DNA of 64,000 nucleotides from Octopus vulgaris (taxonomy: Eukaryota). The stretch lies in the NCBI GenBank assembly GCA_951406725.2, contig OX597833.1, positions 12,648,001 to 12,712,000 of the forward strand, read 5' to 3'. Below are positions 1-13,924 of this stretch, in pieces (the first letter of the stretch is position 1; each line of letters begins with the position of its first letter). Made by a program: the position numbers and the translations under genes. Below the pieces are notes generated by a model. It was not told where the DNA came from. It saw nothing but the letters and a program-made list of their open reading frames with translations, and made no database searches.

Positions 1-1332
1 CAGTACGCAAGTGGTACTTATTCCATTGACCCCAAAAGGATAAAAGGCAAAGTCAGTCCCAGTGGAATTTAAACTCAGAACTTAAAGACAGATGAAATAT
101 TGCTAAGCAGTTTGTTTGGCACACTAACCATTCCAGCAACTCACCAATGATAATGATAAAAAATAATTTACTAATCATAAAAATAATTATAATTCTTATA
201 CAGACATAAGGCCTGAGATTTTGGGAGCAGACATTATTTAGTTACATCAATCCCAGTTCTTGGCTGGTATTTTATTCACTCCTAGAGGACGAAAGACAAA
301 GTTGATGTCAGCAGACTTTGAATTCGGAACCTAAAGACCTGGAAGAAATACTACAGAGAATTCTGTCTGACACTAATAAGTCTGTTTGATTATTTTTAAC
401 TTTGGCACGAGGACACAATTTATTAGAGGTGACATTTGAATGAACAGACTAGTATAATCTATATATATAAAGCTGAAGTTGTCTGTGTGTGGCAGGTTTG
501 GTAGCCTTTAATTAACACTATCTCCTCCAAGACCCTGCAGCACGAGGACCAGACGAAGCTGGCAACGGCCACGGTCGGATGGTGCTTTTTACGTGTCACC
601 GGTACGGAGGCCAGTCGGGCGGCGCTGGCTACGGCCATGTTCGGATGGTTCTCTTACATACCACCGGTGGCACGTAAAAAGCACCATCCAATTGTAGCCG
701 TTTGCCAGCCTCGTCTAGCACCTCTGCCGGTGGCACATAAAAAGCACCCACTACACTCACGGAGTGGTTGGCGTTAGGAAGGGCATCCAGCTGTAGAAAC
801 ACTGTCAGATTAGACTGGGCCTGGTGCAGCCTTCTTGCTTCCCAGACCCCAGTTGCACCGTTCAACCCATGCCAGCATGGAAAGCGGATGTTAAATGATG
901 ATGATGATGATGAAGGTGACAAAATTAAATATTGAAAGCAGAAATATCCGCAGCATTGCTGCCATTATGTTGTTACACTAGCAGTGTCATCTATTTCCAA
1001 TCTTCTGTGAACACATGGCTGGCTAGAGGAGAAATGGTCAGGGTTGGCAACAAGAAGGGCATCTGGCTATATGAAATTTGCCTCAACAAATTACTGTATT
1101 ATAACGTGTATAAGGAACAATTTTTTGGCAAAAATTAGGTTAAAAAATATGAGAGTTTTTTATACATGGATAGTATTGTAATCCCTTACAAAACCTATTT
1201 CCAAATTTTAAGCCCCCAAAATTAAGGGGTTCCTTATACGGTATGTCTGACCCATATAACCATGGAAAAGAGGATGTTCAAAATACAAAATATATAGTGC
1301 TGAATTGTAAAAAGTAACCCTTTTTATTTCAG

Positions 1333-1423
1333 GGTGGAGGTACAGGTGTACACGACACAGTTGTCAACCAGCTTCTAACAAAGATTGATGGTGTCGAACA
1401 ACTTAACAACATTCTTGTCATTG
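1333..1423 (+). CDS. NSF: NSF vesicle-fusing ATPase, internal exon (D1 AAA domain; upstream exons lie outside the window)
   Basis: ttttcAG|GGT...ATTG|GTaag; translates [31 protein letters not shown], near-identical to NSF/Sec18 D1. Confidence 0.96.
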
Positions 1424-1516
1424 GTAAGTTGAAGACACTTCTCAGGTAGCTTTTGTTTCTTGTGTTATTTTGATTTATACTCTTTACTCTTTTACTGGTT
1501 TCAGTCATTTGACTGT

Positions 1517-1875
1517 TAGTTAGTTAGTTAGATAATTTTTTGGCTCAAAAAGCAAAAAGCAAGGCCATGTAGGGGGACATGGAGTTAAGTACAGGGTGGT
1601 GTTCATGTAAAGAGTTCAGGCCACTTGTGGTCAAGGGAGACTTTGAACAAAGCGGTCGTCGGCATCTTCACCATCTCGTCTGGCAGCTTATTCCACGGAT
1701 CCGCAACCCGGATGGAGAAAGCCCCTCTCCTTCAATTGAGATGAAATCGTCGCAGATAGAGCTTTTCGGAGTGACTCCGCAGCCGACGCTTTGGAGCAGG
1801 AGTGAAGAACAGCTCTTTCGAGAGGTTACACTTTCCGCTTATGATGTTGTGAGCGAGAATGAGATCACCACGGCG
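1517..1875 (-). mobile_element. CR1-like LINE 3' fragment with (TAAC)n tail
   Basis: reverse complement of 19987-20268; encodes a decayed RT C-terminus (RGHSEKLYL...WNKL). Confidence 0.8.
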
Positions 1876-2054
1876 GCGGCGTTTGGCCATGCTGGAGCAC
1901 CGCCTTTAGTCAAGCAAATCAACCCCAGGACTTATTCTTTGTAAGCCTAGTACTTATTCTATCGGTCTCTTTTGCCGAACCGCTAAGTTACGGGGACGTA
2001 AACACACCAGCGTCGGTTGTCAAGCAATGTTTTGGGGACAAACACAAACACTAT

Positions 2055-2909
2055 TCTCTTTTACTTGTTTCAGTCATTTTGACTGCGGCCATGCTGGAGC
2101 ACCGCCTTTAGTCGAGCAAATCGACCCCGGGACTTATTCTTTGTAAGCCCAGTACTTATTCTATCGGTCTCTTTGCCGAGACCGCTAAGTAACGGGGACG
2201 TAAACACACCAGCATCGGTTGTCAAGCAATGCTAGGGGGACAAACACACACACATATATATATATACATATATACGACAGGCTTCTTTCAGTTTCCGTCT
2301 ACCAACTCCACTCACAAGGCATTGGTCGGCCCGGGGCTATAGCAGAAGACACTTGCCCAAGATGCCACGCAGTGGGACTGAACCCGGTACCATGTGTTTG
2401 GTTAGCAAGCTACTTACCACACAGCCACTCCTGCGCCTATTATTATTATTTTTTAGTTTTTTTTTTGTTGTTGCTTTGATGGTGCTTTCATCAGTGTAAT
2501 CATCATTGAAAGTCCACTTTCCATGCTGGCATGGGCTTTATTATTATTATTATTATTATCAAATTTTTGATGTCTCTCTCTCTCTCTCAATTTGTTTACA
2601 TTCAGTCAATCTATTTATTCCAGCTCCCTTTTCATCTGTCTATTTATTTCCTTTTCCACTCACTGTTTCTCTCTTTGCATGTATGTGTGTGTGTGTTTTA
2701 TACATATATATTTATACATATATAGGCGCAGGAGTGGCTGTGTGGTAAGGAGCTAGTTTACCAACCACATGGTTCCTGTTCAGTCCCACTGCGTGGCACC
2801 TTGGGCAAGTGTCTTCTACTATAGCCTCGGGCCGACCAATGCCTTGTGAGTGGATTTGGTAGATGGAAACTGAAAGAAGCCCGTCGTATATATATGTATA
2901 TATATATAT

Positions 2910-2944
<35 letters not shown>

Positions 2945-3160
2945 ATGTTTGTGTGTCTGTGTTTGTCCCCCTAGCATTGCTTTACAACCGATGCTGGTGT
3001 GTTTATGTCCCCGTCACTTAGCGGTTCGGCAAAAAGAGACCGATAGAATAAGTACTGGGCTTACAAAGAATAAGTCCCAGGGTCGAGTTGCTCGATTAAA
3101 GGCGGTGCTCCAGCATGGCCGCAGTCAAATGACTGAAACAAGTAAAAGAGAGAAAAGAGA
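2055..3160. mobile_element. tRNA-derived SINE family A, divergent pair (2055-2437 minus, 2724-3160 plus); other copies at 4263-4663, 20977-21370, 21371-21675, 34360-34497, 56050-56446
   Basis: A-box TGGCTGTGTGG, B-box-like GGTTCAGTCC, internal (TA)/(TG) repeat, (AAGAG)-type tail; many highly similar copies. Confidence 0.88.
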
Positions 3161-3639
3161 GACAGACTGACATGAATGGATATATATATATATGAAATGG
3201 TATCAAACAGTTCCATGGCTAGTTCTGTAGCACGCCAACAGATGGCAGCATATGGTTACATGTGCAGTGTGAGCTAGCAGTGATTTTGATGAGGTAGTGT
3301 GCCGAGTGACATCACTGTTCGCAAGTTGTGAAATTTGTGTTTTTGTGATCATGTGTATACTATTGTATTGGCATCCTTTCTGTCTCGGGAGACAATGGAG
3401 TTGTGCATGAAGTAGTCTAGTCCGGCTTTTATATTTCATGTCCTGATACATTTCCTGCTGTGGCTGTGTAGTCCTATCCTGGACAAACACTCCCTCTGGC
3501 AGGTACCGCAAATGTAGCGAAGACTGTTCCTGGCTGGTTGTAGTGCCATAGTCTCTTGTTTACGTCTTTTCTTGTCTTTCCATTTCTCCTCTCTCTCTCT
3601 GTCACTCTCTCTGTAAATGTGTATACTATAGTTGTGCAA

Positions 3640-5165
3640 TTTTGTCATAGACAGGAAGTTGGAACATGAAATTTTGTGTTAAACTCAGTAAGTCTGCTAT
3701 AGAGACAATGAGAATGAGTTGGCAAGCTTACGACGATGGGGTAATGAGCCATACGCAGTGTTTCAAGTGGCATGGGTACTTCAAAAGAAGAACATCCCTG
3801 GAAGACGATGAGTGATCTCGAAGACCTGCCACCAGCATCACCCCCTCCACACACAGAAATTCATCACCTTGTGCATAAGGATCGTTGGAGGACAATCAAC
3901 AACATTGCTGATGTTGTTGGGTTGTCGTATGGGTCTGTGCAGGCAATCCTAATGTCTGAATTGAACATGTGGTGTTTCTCAGCTAAGTTTGCCCCCTGCC
4001 TGCTGATCACTGAGCAGAAAAAACATCGCATCAAACTCTGTCAAGATCTTCATCAGTGTGTCACTGCCAACCCTGTCGACCCATCCTTCATGTTGAGGAT
4101 CATCACTGGTGACAAGTTGAGTCTACAGAATTGACCCTGAGACAAAATAGCTATCATCACAATGGGACAGCCCTTCATCTCCTCAATCAAAGAAGGCATG
4201 ACGGCGCTGCAGCTCAATCAAGAGTATGCTCATCATTTTTTTTGAAATTCACGGTATTGTATAGGCGCAGGAGTGGCTGTGTGGTGAGTAGCTTGCCTAC
4301 CAACCACACGGTTCCGGGTTCAGTCCCACTGCGTGGCACTTGGGCAAGTGTCTTCTACTATAGCCTCGGGCCGACCAAAACCTCGTGAGTGGATTTGGTA
4401 GACGGAAACTAAAAGAAGCCCGTCGTATATATGTATATACATATATATATGCGTGTGTGTGTTTGTCCCCCTAGCATTGCTTGACAACCGATGCTGGTGT
4501 GTTTATGTCCCCGTCACTTAGCGGTTCGGCAAAAAGAGACCGATAGAATAAGTACTGGGCTTACAAAGAATAAGTCCTGGGGTCGAGTTGCTCGACTAAA
4601 GGCGGTGCTCCAGCATGGCCGCAGTCAAATGACTGAAACAAGTAAAAGAGAGTAAAGAGAGAGTATTGTGCATTGAAAATTCATTCCCCAGGGTCAGGCC
4701 ATCAATCAAGAGTTCTACTGTGACATTTTAAAGTGTTTGAGGGAGGACATTTAGCAAAAGCAACCGGATCTTTGTCGTGCAAAGAATTATATTCTTCATG
4801 ACAACAATGCACTCTGTCTCCAAGCTCTCCTCACTCGTGAGTTTCTCACCAAAAACAGCATAGTTTCACTTTCACATCCACCCTCTTCACCAGATTTAAC
4901 ACCTGTGAACTTCCATCTCTTCCCCAAGTTGAAAATGCAGCTCAGAGGTCACTGTTTTAACACTGTTGTCAAGATCAAGAGCAAATTGCAGGTCCTTGAC
5001 TTACTTATGGAAATCAGCTTCCAGGCTAGATTCCAAATGTTACAGGAACGTTGGGACCAGAGTATTGCTACACAGGAGACTATTTTGAAGGAGATGTAGT
5101 TAAAACTTAGGTAAATAAGTAATTTTTTATTATACAAAACTAGTCTGGGAACTTATTGATACCAC
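3640..5165 (+). mobile_element. Decayed mariner transposase remnant split by a SINE
   Basis: DRWRTINNIADVVGLSYGSVQAIL...AKFAP...RIITGD; after the SINE, LHDNNA and HPPSSPDLTPVNFHLFPKLK. Confidence 0.85.
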
Positions 5166-5247
5166 CCTCTATCTTTCTCTCTTCTCTCTCTCTCTATATA
5201 TATCTCCATTCCTATGTCTGTCTGTCAATCTATTTGTCTCTCTCTCT

Positions 5248-5293
<46 letters not shown>

Positions 5294-5725
5294 GCACACA
5301 AACACACATATATATACACATACAAACTAACAAACATACACTGACTAAATGTTATATATGATATTGATAACACACAAAATATACAGTATGAAACAATGTA
5401 CTATATATATATATATATATAATTGAGCAAGACGCCCACCCCCTCGTCCAATGGACGGTGCTGAATTGTCAAACATTTAAACCAAATTTTCTCAAAACAA
5501 CTTGTCCGACCGTCCCATAGGCCTCCCCTTCGAGAAACACTGATTTAACCTAAATTTAAGACACCAGCAAAAGAAGAAATAAAGATAGGCTTTTTTTTCT
5601 GTTCCAAAGAAATATTGTTGTTGAACAGCCTAGAATCCAGAAGAATTGCATATGAATAGAGATTATTGTGCACAACACAAGGTAACTTTATCATTTTGTT
5701 GATTCATATTGTTTTCTATACCTAG

Positions 5726-5800
5726 GTATGACAAACCGAAGAGATCTGATTGATGATGCTCTCACCCGACCTGGACGAATGGAGGTTCAAATGGAGATAG
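5726..5800 (+). CDS. NSF: NSF exon (D1 sensor-1 / arginine-finger SRH)
   Basis: cctAG|GT ATG...ATA G|GTgaa; (G)[24 protein letters not shown](G); phase 1-1. Confidence 0.96.
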
Positions 5801-7016
5801 GTGAATATAAACTCTATTTACAATTTTGTCTAAACTCATCATCATTATTACTGTTACCATCGTTGACATTATCACTGGAGTAAGAAGTGTTCATGGATAC
5901 AATCTGCTTCGAATCACTGCAGTCCCTGAAATGACATGTCTGTCCACTAAAAGAACACAACACTTTAGAATTACATCTTTAAATATAAAAGAGAGGTTGT
6001 GTGCTGTCTGTCTCCTACGATTTAGATTCCTAACTACTCCCACATTTTGCGGTGCAGTTTAATCAAAACCGGGTATCTTATAGTCGTGATTCATATCGAG
6101 CCCTTCTGGGTATTAGCGCGCGTCTACAATGAGTCTACGATTTAAAAAAAAAATTACCATCAATTTTTTCCCATTTTTAATGCATTTTTGGCATATATAA
6201 GGGAAGTAACTCTCTAAAAATTTATTATTAAATCTCAGAACGTAAAAAGGGCGCACACTCTCCTACCCTGATGTAATCTCCAGGGATACAGGCATCCAGC
6301 ATTAGGACCTCCGTAATGCTATGATGGACCGTGAAGTCTGGCGTAGCATGGTAAATTCCATTGTCTCAACCACGGTCGAACAATGATGATGATGATGATC
6401 CTAAACCAGATAAAGCATGGTAAACTCTAGTAGGGAATTCTTTTTTTCTGTATTTAGTTACCTGAGCCATAATTCTACTCAAGCTGATGATTACAGTTAA
6501 TCAACAATAACAACAGAGATTATTACGAATTTAACACATTTTATACTGTCCAATGGAAGTATAAAAATCTGAAAAGTTTATGAGTTTAGTGTACAGCTTC
6601 CCTTATTTTCTACATCAGTGTTTCACCATCCATGCTTTCAGAACAATAATTGCAATATTTGACTTGTTTTAGATATATGTTGCATTAATATAAACACTTC
6701 AATAGTGCCCCTACTATCCTACAAGTGATGAATAAACTCTTTCTTTATCTAAATTAAATCTTTTAAGGATTGTTTCTTTTATTGCTTATGCATACAGGGG
6801 TGGGCTAAGTGTCTCAATCCAGAGGAAATTTGTCTTGTGTATGTGTGTGCACGGTGTGTTTATATATATATATATATATTATATTAAATTAGAGACAAAA
6901 CCACTATTATGCAAATCAAACAAAGATTTATTCCCTAATATTTATTATTATATATATATATATATATATATATGTATCAAATGAAATAAATGAAAAACAC
7001 AACACAAAGGATGTTG

Positions 7017-7107
7017 CAGTACATATGTTTCGAGCTTTATAGAACAACTTATTCTTACATCAATGCATAATCGACACAACAGATAGTTCAAAAGCCCTCT
7101 TCAGCCG
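7017..7107 (-). ncRNA. Type I hammerhead ribozyme motif (PLE-type)
   Basis: minus strand CGG-CTGAAGA-GGGCTTT...AAAGCTC-GAAA-CATATG-TA-CTG: 7-bp helix II, palindromic helix III, GUA triplet, short helix I. Confidence 0.72.
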
Positions 7108-8365
7108 TGTACTATTGCTACACCAAAGACTTGTATCACATTATGAAAGGTTTGTGAAAAAACATTTGGTATTGTTTATAATGGTAGGTAAACTGAGTAT
7201 CACTGGGAAAGTATGTTTGTAAATCTTCATAGGCGTACATGGTATTATTTTCTCACTCCCATCTAAGAATTGTTGTTTAGGCTGAGATGTTTGGTGAGTT
7301 GTTCATAGGTCCATATTTGTTTGGCATTAATATAACAGACATAACTTACATCCATGTTACATTTCTAAATTAGATGTCATTCTTTTGTTAGAATAACATA
7401 AGATATTGTTCTAATGAGATAGGCCTCCACTACATTTTAATATAAGTGCTAGAAGTTATATTGATGACACCACCCCAGGTAGGTGAAATAGAGGAAGAGT
7501 CCAATTGAATAACCACTAGATCTCTAGGACTAACAACTCTTAATTTTTTTTATCTCTTGTGTGCGATCATTGAAGTTGGTTGTCTTCATGATTTGATCCA
7601 GAATTATTGATACACTGAAGGAGATAATCAAATCTACCAGGGACAGCAAATACCTTAAAATGGGTTCAAAGTTCATGCACTCAATAGAGTCAAAAATGCT
7701 GAAGGTTATCAGTTTTAGCACACATTTTGTAATTTATGATTTTTAAAGTACTTAGGTTCCCTTTTTATGGATGTAGATTTTTAGACCAACCTCTATGTGT
7801 TTTGTGTATGTATGTGTGTATCCATGTGTGTGTGTGTGTGTGCACTCATTTATTTGCAGCTAAGCTTTTACACTATTGCTACTTTAAATTTCTTATTTCC
7901 TTTCTTCGGTGTCTGGAAATAGAGTGAAATCTCAGCTTCAAATGATTGAATAAATCCAACTTCTATGCATATTTATACACATACAAACTTGCATTATATG
8001 TGTGTTTGTGTTAGTGTGTGTGTGCATGTATTTATGAATATACAAACCTACATTTCATATATATATATACACATTTCATATATATATACATTTTATATAT
8101 ATATGCCTTTACCTTCGAAACACGCATTGAGTCGAACCAGGGGCAGCTGATGAAGGGGAATTTTTCTTGTATTGTTTGCCCTGTACTCTGTTTTTTCGTT
8201 GTTTTAAAAAAAGTCCGTTTCCTTGTTTGATTTTATGTTTTCATCTCTCGTTGTGTTCTACGTTTATTTGTGGTGTCCTGTACTCATATATATGTATATG
8301 TATGTATATATACATGTAGATGTAAGTATGTACATATATGTATATATGCATATATTTTATTTATT

Positions 8366-8396
<31 letters not shown>

Positions 8397-8413
8397 CTTT
8401 GATCTCTATTAAG

Positions 8414-8601
8414 GTTTACCTGATGAGAAAGGCAGAGTGGACATTTTGAAAATCCACACTAAGTCAATGAGAGAAAGTAAACTGCTTCATGACGAAGTTA
8501 ACCTCAAAGAAATTGCAAGTAAAACAAAGAACTTTAGTGGAGCTGAACTCGAAGGTCTTGTACGCTGTGCAGTTTCCACTGCTATGAACAGTTTAATAAA
8601 G
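8414..8601 (+). CDS. NSF: NSF exon (D1 lid)
   Basis: taAG|GT TTA CCT...AAG|GTaat; [15 protein letters not shown]...[26 protein letters not shown]. Confidence 0.96.
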
Positions 8602-9125
8602 GTAATTCAGAAGATGTTTCATGTTCTAAATTTACATTATTTTACAATATTGGGTCAGATTTCTCACTATTTAGGCAGAAGATTAACAATGTTGAGGGGA
8701 AGGATTTAGTTGATTAAATCAATCCCGTACTTGACTTAGAGAAGTAACACAAGCAGGCCAATGGCATAAATTTAAATAAATAGGTGAATGGTTGATGTAC
8801 TGAATGGCACGCAAAAGATTCTCAATTAAAATATTCGTCCTGAAGAATTGATTACAACTCTCAAAAGAGTGGGAGATAATTTCATAATTGCATGCAGGCT
8901 CGTGTGAATAAGTCTTACTTATGAGGTTCAGTAAGAATTATCTCCCCTCTTCAATGAAGACCTTAGATCATCACTAGTGTTTTATTTTATTTTTTTCCCT
9001 TCTTCAATTAAAAGAGAAACTCATTGAGAATTCTGTTGCATCCTTCTGTACATCTCCCCTTATTTTATCTATATAACATAAGTAATTTCCCTTCGCTGTT
9101 TTATTTTATTTTTTTTAATAGAATT

Positions 9126-9407
9126 CAATTGCAGCGTGGAAGGTGTTTGTAAGCCATTTAAGAAACACACAAAAGCCATTCGATTCACTTCAACATCTAA
9201 GTTTAATTTGTCAAAATATTTTCGTCGCTAAAATCCGCGACCTGTTCACTGACAAAAATCAGTGCTGCATGGATTTTTGTCAGTGAACAGGTCGCGGTCT
9301 TAAAGCGACGAAAATATTTTGACAAATTAAACTTAAATGTTGAAGTGAATCGAACGGCTTTTGTGTGTTTCTTAAATGGCTTACAAACACCTTCCATGCT
9401 GCAATTG
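9126..9407. mobile_element. Near-perfect 280-bp palindrome (foldback/MITE)
   Basis: 135-bp arms CAATTGCAGC...AAAATC around an 11-nt spacer. Confidence 0.85.
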
Positions 9408-9829
9408 TTTTCGTTTCAGCACACGATCTCAGATCAAGTCACTTGCTATGCGAGTACATCTCTTAATAGAATTATTATTAAGGAAGACTGAATGGAAATG
9501 GAATTTTATCAAGAATTACAAGAGGCTGGAAAACTTATAAGAGGCTGGAATGTTTCTCCTTTTCTAGCTTTTATCAGCAACTAGCTAAATAGACATTTTG
9601 TTTGAATATCAAATATTATTTCCTACCAAATTTTAGTTTTTAATAATGAATTTTAAACTTGAAAACTATATATGTAACTTCCGTATTCATTAAGAAAACA
9701 AAATCTTAAAAGAAAAGGCTTACCTTCGTGTGTAAATATTGAGGTGTTGAATTTACTGTTGATGGATAACTACAAAAAAATAAAAAAGATGGAAATGATT
9801 TTAACCCTATCTGTCTTATAAAATTCAAG

Positions 9830-10157
9830 ACCCCCTTCGGTCATGAATGACCATGGGATTGCACCTAGAAAGTTACCCTCCTAGACACAAGTCCGGGCAA
9901 GGTTGTTTATGGAAGACCAGCAGTCGCCCATGCATACCAGCCTCCCCTCTCCACGCCACCAGTGTTATCCAAAGGAAAGACAAAGGTCGATACAGCTTGG
10001 CATCAGTGACGTCGCACCTCATTTCTACAGCTGAGTGAACTGGAGCAACGTGAAATAAAGTGCCTTGCTCAAGAACACAACACGCAGCCCGGTCCGGGAT
10101 TCAAGCTCACAACCTCACGATCGTAAGCTCGACGCTCTAACCACTGAGCCATGCGCC
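9830..10157 (-). mobile_element. tRNA-derived SINE (family D)
   Basis: minus-strand head GGCGCATGGCTCAGTGGTTAGAGCG...TTGAATCCCGG followed by a non-tRNA body. Confidence 0.75.
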
Positions 10158-10592
10158 TATAAAATATACCTGTTGTAAAAGAAGGTATAGAAGAGCGGGT
10201 GAGGAAGTTTTTTAAACTTTAGTGTAGATTTTCTGGTACATATTTTGTCAATATTCAAAGAATTAATTGCACTTTTGAGCTTAGGAGTAGACAAATTTAC
10301 AATAGATTGTAAATAGATTGTTAATGTATTCATTTCAATGTTCTTATTTGTGTATTTCGTTGTCACTTACTGGACATGGTATTTATTATTTTTTTTTTCT
10401 ACTGTTTTCACATTGCTCCTTCATGCATGTCTTTGCAATGGTTTCTAAAGTTTTTTCATGTAAACTTGTCAGATCAATCAGTGGCAGGAAATAATTACAA
10501 AAATCTTTGATTATGAAAGAGTATACTCCACAATTATTAAAATAACAAAGAACAATAACTACATTTTGTATTGTTTCTCTGTGCTCATATAG

Positions 10593-10685
10593 GGCTCCAA
10601 TAAAGCAGAAATTGATCCTACAGAGGCAGAAAATGTCAGAATCACCCATGATGATTTCCTAAGCTCATTGGATGATATCAAACCA
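10593..10685 (+). CDS. NSF: NSF exon (end of D1)
   Basis: atAG|GGC...CCA|GTaag; GSNKAEIDPTEAENVRITHDDFLSSLDDIKP. Confidence 0.93.
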
Positions 10686-10804
10686 GTAAGTATCAAGTAT
10701 TACCTAATTATGAGAAAATATCTAGAAACATACATTTCTTTGTTTCGCATTTTGTGTATGATTTTGCTTTGTTTTCATTTAGTGTATTTAAATATATAAA
10801 ATAG

Positions 10805-11157
10805 GAGCACTCCGTCGGTTACAACGATGAGGGTCCCAGCTGATACGATTAACGGAACAGCTTGCTCGTGGAATTAACATGCAAGTGGCTGAGCATTCCA
10901 CAGACACGTGTACCCTTAACGTAGTTCTTGAGGAGATTCAGCGTGACAAGAGTGTGACAAGGCTGGCCCTTTGAAATACAGGTACAACAGAATAGGAAGA
11001 AAGTTGTGGTGAAAGAGTACAGCAGGGTTCACCACCACCCCCTGCAGGAGCCTTGTGAAGCTTTAGGTGTTTTTGCTCAATAAACACTCACAATGCCCGG
11101 TCTGGGAATCGAAACCGCGATCCTACGACCGCGAGTCCGCTGCCCTAACCACTGGGC
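10805..11157 (-). mobile_element. tRNA-derived SINE (family E)
   Basis: minus-strand head GCCCAGTGGTTAGGGCAGCGG...GTTTCGATTCCC followed by a 280-bp body. Confidence 0.72.
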
Positions 11158-11799
11158 ATTTAGTGTATTTAGAAACAGTTTGACAGAACTCATTTCTCTT
11201 CAAGCCATATTCATGTTAGACTTTGAACTCTGTACTACAAGCTAATTAAACAATTGTCAATTATAAAGTTTTTCTTCTGATTGCTGTGGTGAGCACGATC
11301 TACTCATGGTACTTATTTAGAAGTACCTTATTTAAGTACTTATTTAAGACGGCGAGCTGGCAGAAACGTTAGCACGCCGGGCAAAATGCGTAGCCGTATT
11401 TCGTCTGCCGTTACCTTCTGAGTTCAAATTCCGCTGAGGTCGACTTTGCCTTTCATCCTTTCGGGGTCGATAAATTAAGTACCAGTTACGCACTGGGGTC
11501 GATTTTGGTTAAATTTATAAATAATTTACAAAATAAGGGCAAAAGAAAAATTCTAATGCCAAATATGCCGGAAAAAAGACAAAAATTGTCAATAACCATT
11601 GTAATTTATGCGTCTCGAAACAAACTGATAGAAATTTCTAAAAAATCCGTTATTACCGTATTGGTCCCAATTTTGGGGTTAATTCATAAGAATTTTCCCC
11701 TCTTCAGCGATAAATACGTGAGATATAAGTGAAATACTTACTCATACCCATGGAAAAAGCAAGTACTAAGTCCTGAGCAGACCAGCTTGTCATATCTCA

Positions 11800-11861
11800 C
11801 GTATTTATCGCTGAAGAGGGGAAAATTCTTATGAATTAACCCCGAAATTATGACCAATACG
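11800..11861 (+). ncRNA. Degenerate hammerhead-like motif in a foldback element
   Basis: CTGAAGA-GGGG...CCCC-GAAA intact, helix III and NUH decayed; mirrored copy on the left arm (about 11655-11720, minus). Confidence 0.5.
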
Positions 11862-11955
11862 GTAATTTTATAAATTACAATGGTTATTGACAATTTTTGT
11901 CTTTTTTTCGGCATATTTGGCATTAGAATATTTCTCTTGCCCTTATTTTGTAAAT

Positions 11956-11991
<36 letters not shown>

Positions 11992-12487
11992 TAGATAAAA
12001 GTAATTACAATTCAAATGACTTAAGATGTTCCTGAATGAACTGAACACTTGAATGAACTGAACATACATGTACTGTTTAACATATTTTCACTCGTCATGA
12101 AGTTTTGAGGCCTAACTCTCACTTTATAATTGGTAAATAATTATAAAATTTGAATGTTCTCATTTTTATCCCTGCTTTTTTGTGGTGGCATGGATTGAAC
12201 AGGACTTTTTGAAGCAATATTTTATGGCCAACCCTTTTAGTTGTCTCTCACTAAGTGGTGTACTTATTCTAAAACTGGCACACACTGTGTTGTAAAAAGG
12301 CAACATTCAACTCATTGAAGTCTTAAATTGAATTAACAAGTATTAATCATTCAATGCTGAAGGGTAATCAACCCATAATTTTAATCAGAATTTTACAATG
12401 TCAAAACCAAAACTTTGTGTACTGTGGAAACCCTTCTCTGTCAATTCACTCAAATTCCTCTCACTGTTCTCCTTTCTTCCATCACAG

Positions 12488-12644
12488 GCATTTGGTCGCA
12501 GCGATTTCAACTTCAGCTCCTTCTTTCCAAATGGTATCATTGAATGGGGTGATTCCGTTCGTGAGGTTCTCCAATATGGTAACCTACTAATTTCTCAGAT
12601 CAAAAACAGCACAAAGACACCTCTTCTGACCATGTTGCTACATG
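12488..12644 (+). CDS. NSF: NSF exon (D1-D2 linker, start of D2)
   Basis: cacAG|GCA...CAT G|GTaag; AFGRSDFNFSSFFPNGIIEWGDSVREVLQYGNLLISQIKNSTKTPLLTMLLH(G). Confidence 0.94.
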
Positions 12645-13924
12645 GTAAGTACAAAGTTGTTGCTTGACATAAATTTCTGATGTCACCATAACCAGAAGAA
12701 TGGATGAAATAGAAAATAACAAAAAAAAACTACACTTAACATTTCTCCTTTTCTTAAATATCCGAGGAATCCTACTTGTATGAAAACAAAATTTATTGCA
12801 GCTGGTGTTGTTATTCTTTTACTGGTTTCATTCATTCAAGTACTGTCATGCTGGGAGGGGGGGGGGGGCGGTTACCAATTTCAAGGTTTAATTGATCTTA
12901 TCAACTCAACAATTTTCTTAGCTTGTTATTATTTTATTGATCTCTATCTGTCAAACCATTAAATTAGATAACATACTTGAATAAAGCATAAATTTTCGAA
13001 ACAGGATATTAGACCAAATGCATATCATCATCATCATATTCGTTTAACGTCTGCTTTCCATGCTAGCATGAGTTGAACGATTTGACTGAGGTCAGGCGCA
13101 CCAGATGGCTGCACCAGACTCCAATCTGATCTGGCAGAGTTTCTGCAGCTGGATGCCCTTCCTAACGCCAACCATTTTGAGAGTATAGTGGGTGCTTTTA
13201 CGTGCCACCAGCATGAAGGCCAGTTAGGTGGTACTGGCAATGGCCAGGCTCAAATGGTGCTTTTTATGTGCCACCTGCACAGGAGCCAGTCCAGCAGCAC
13301 TGGCAACGACCTCGCTTGAAAGTTTTTTCACGTGCCACCAGCACAGGTGCCAGTAAGGTGACGCAGGTAACGATCACGCTCGAATGGTGTTTTTAATGTG
13401 CCATTGGCATGGAGGCCAGCTTGTTGCTCTGGCAACGATCTCACTCGTATGGTACTCTTAGCGCTCCAATAGCAACGGATGCCAGTCACCAAGTTTGATT
13501 TTGATTTCGATTTCGATTTCACTTGCCTCAACAGGTCTTCACAATATATAAAACAGGTTTGTGCACAGTACCCGCAAAATTCTACTCACAAAGCTCTGGT
13601 CGACCTGAGGCTGTTGTAGAAGGGACTTGCCCAAATGCATGCATTGAGGTCAACCCAAAAGCCTATTGGTGCAGAAGTTAATTCAATCAGTTGTACCTCT
13701 CTTTACAAATCTGTGGCTTTACATCATGTTTAGAAATCAGTATTGAGTTGGTGAAAGACACGTGAAGGGTAGCATTAGTTCAAAACTGCATGTTACACTA
13801 TTTTGTTCATGCTGTTATGAAATGACTTCAAATCCTGCTAGAATCAACTTAAATATTAATCTGATGAAGTTGATAAAATAAGTATGTCACACACTAGGGT
13901 TATTTCCATCACTTGGCCTAGGCC

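Noticed and set aside
8420-8455. CTGATGA...GAAA inside an NSF exon
   Set aside because: No helix I, II or III pairing; coincidental codons (PDEKG).
10090-10157. tRNA-like sequence on minus (also about 11095-11157)
   Set aside because: Has A/B boxes but no proper acceptor stem and continues into a SINE body.
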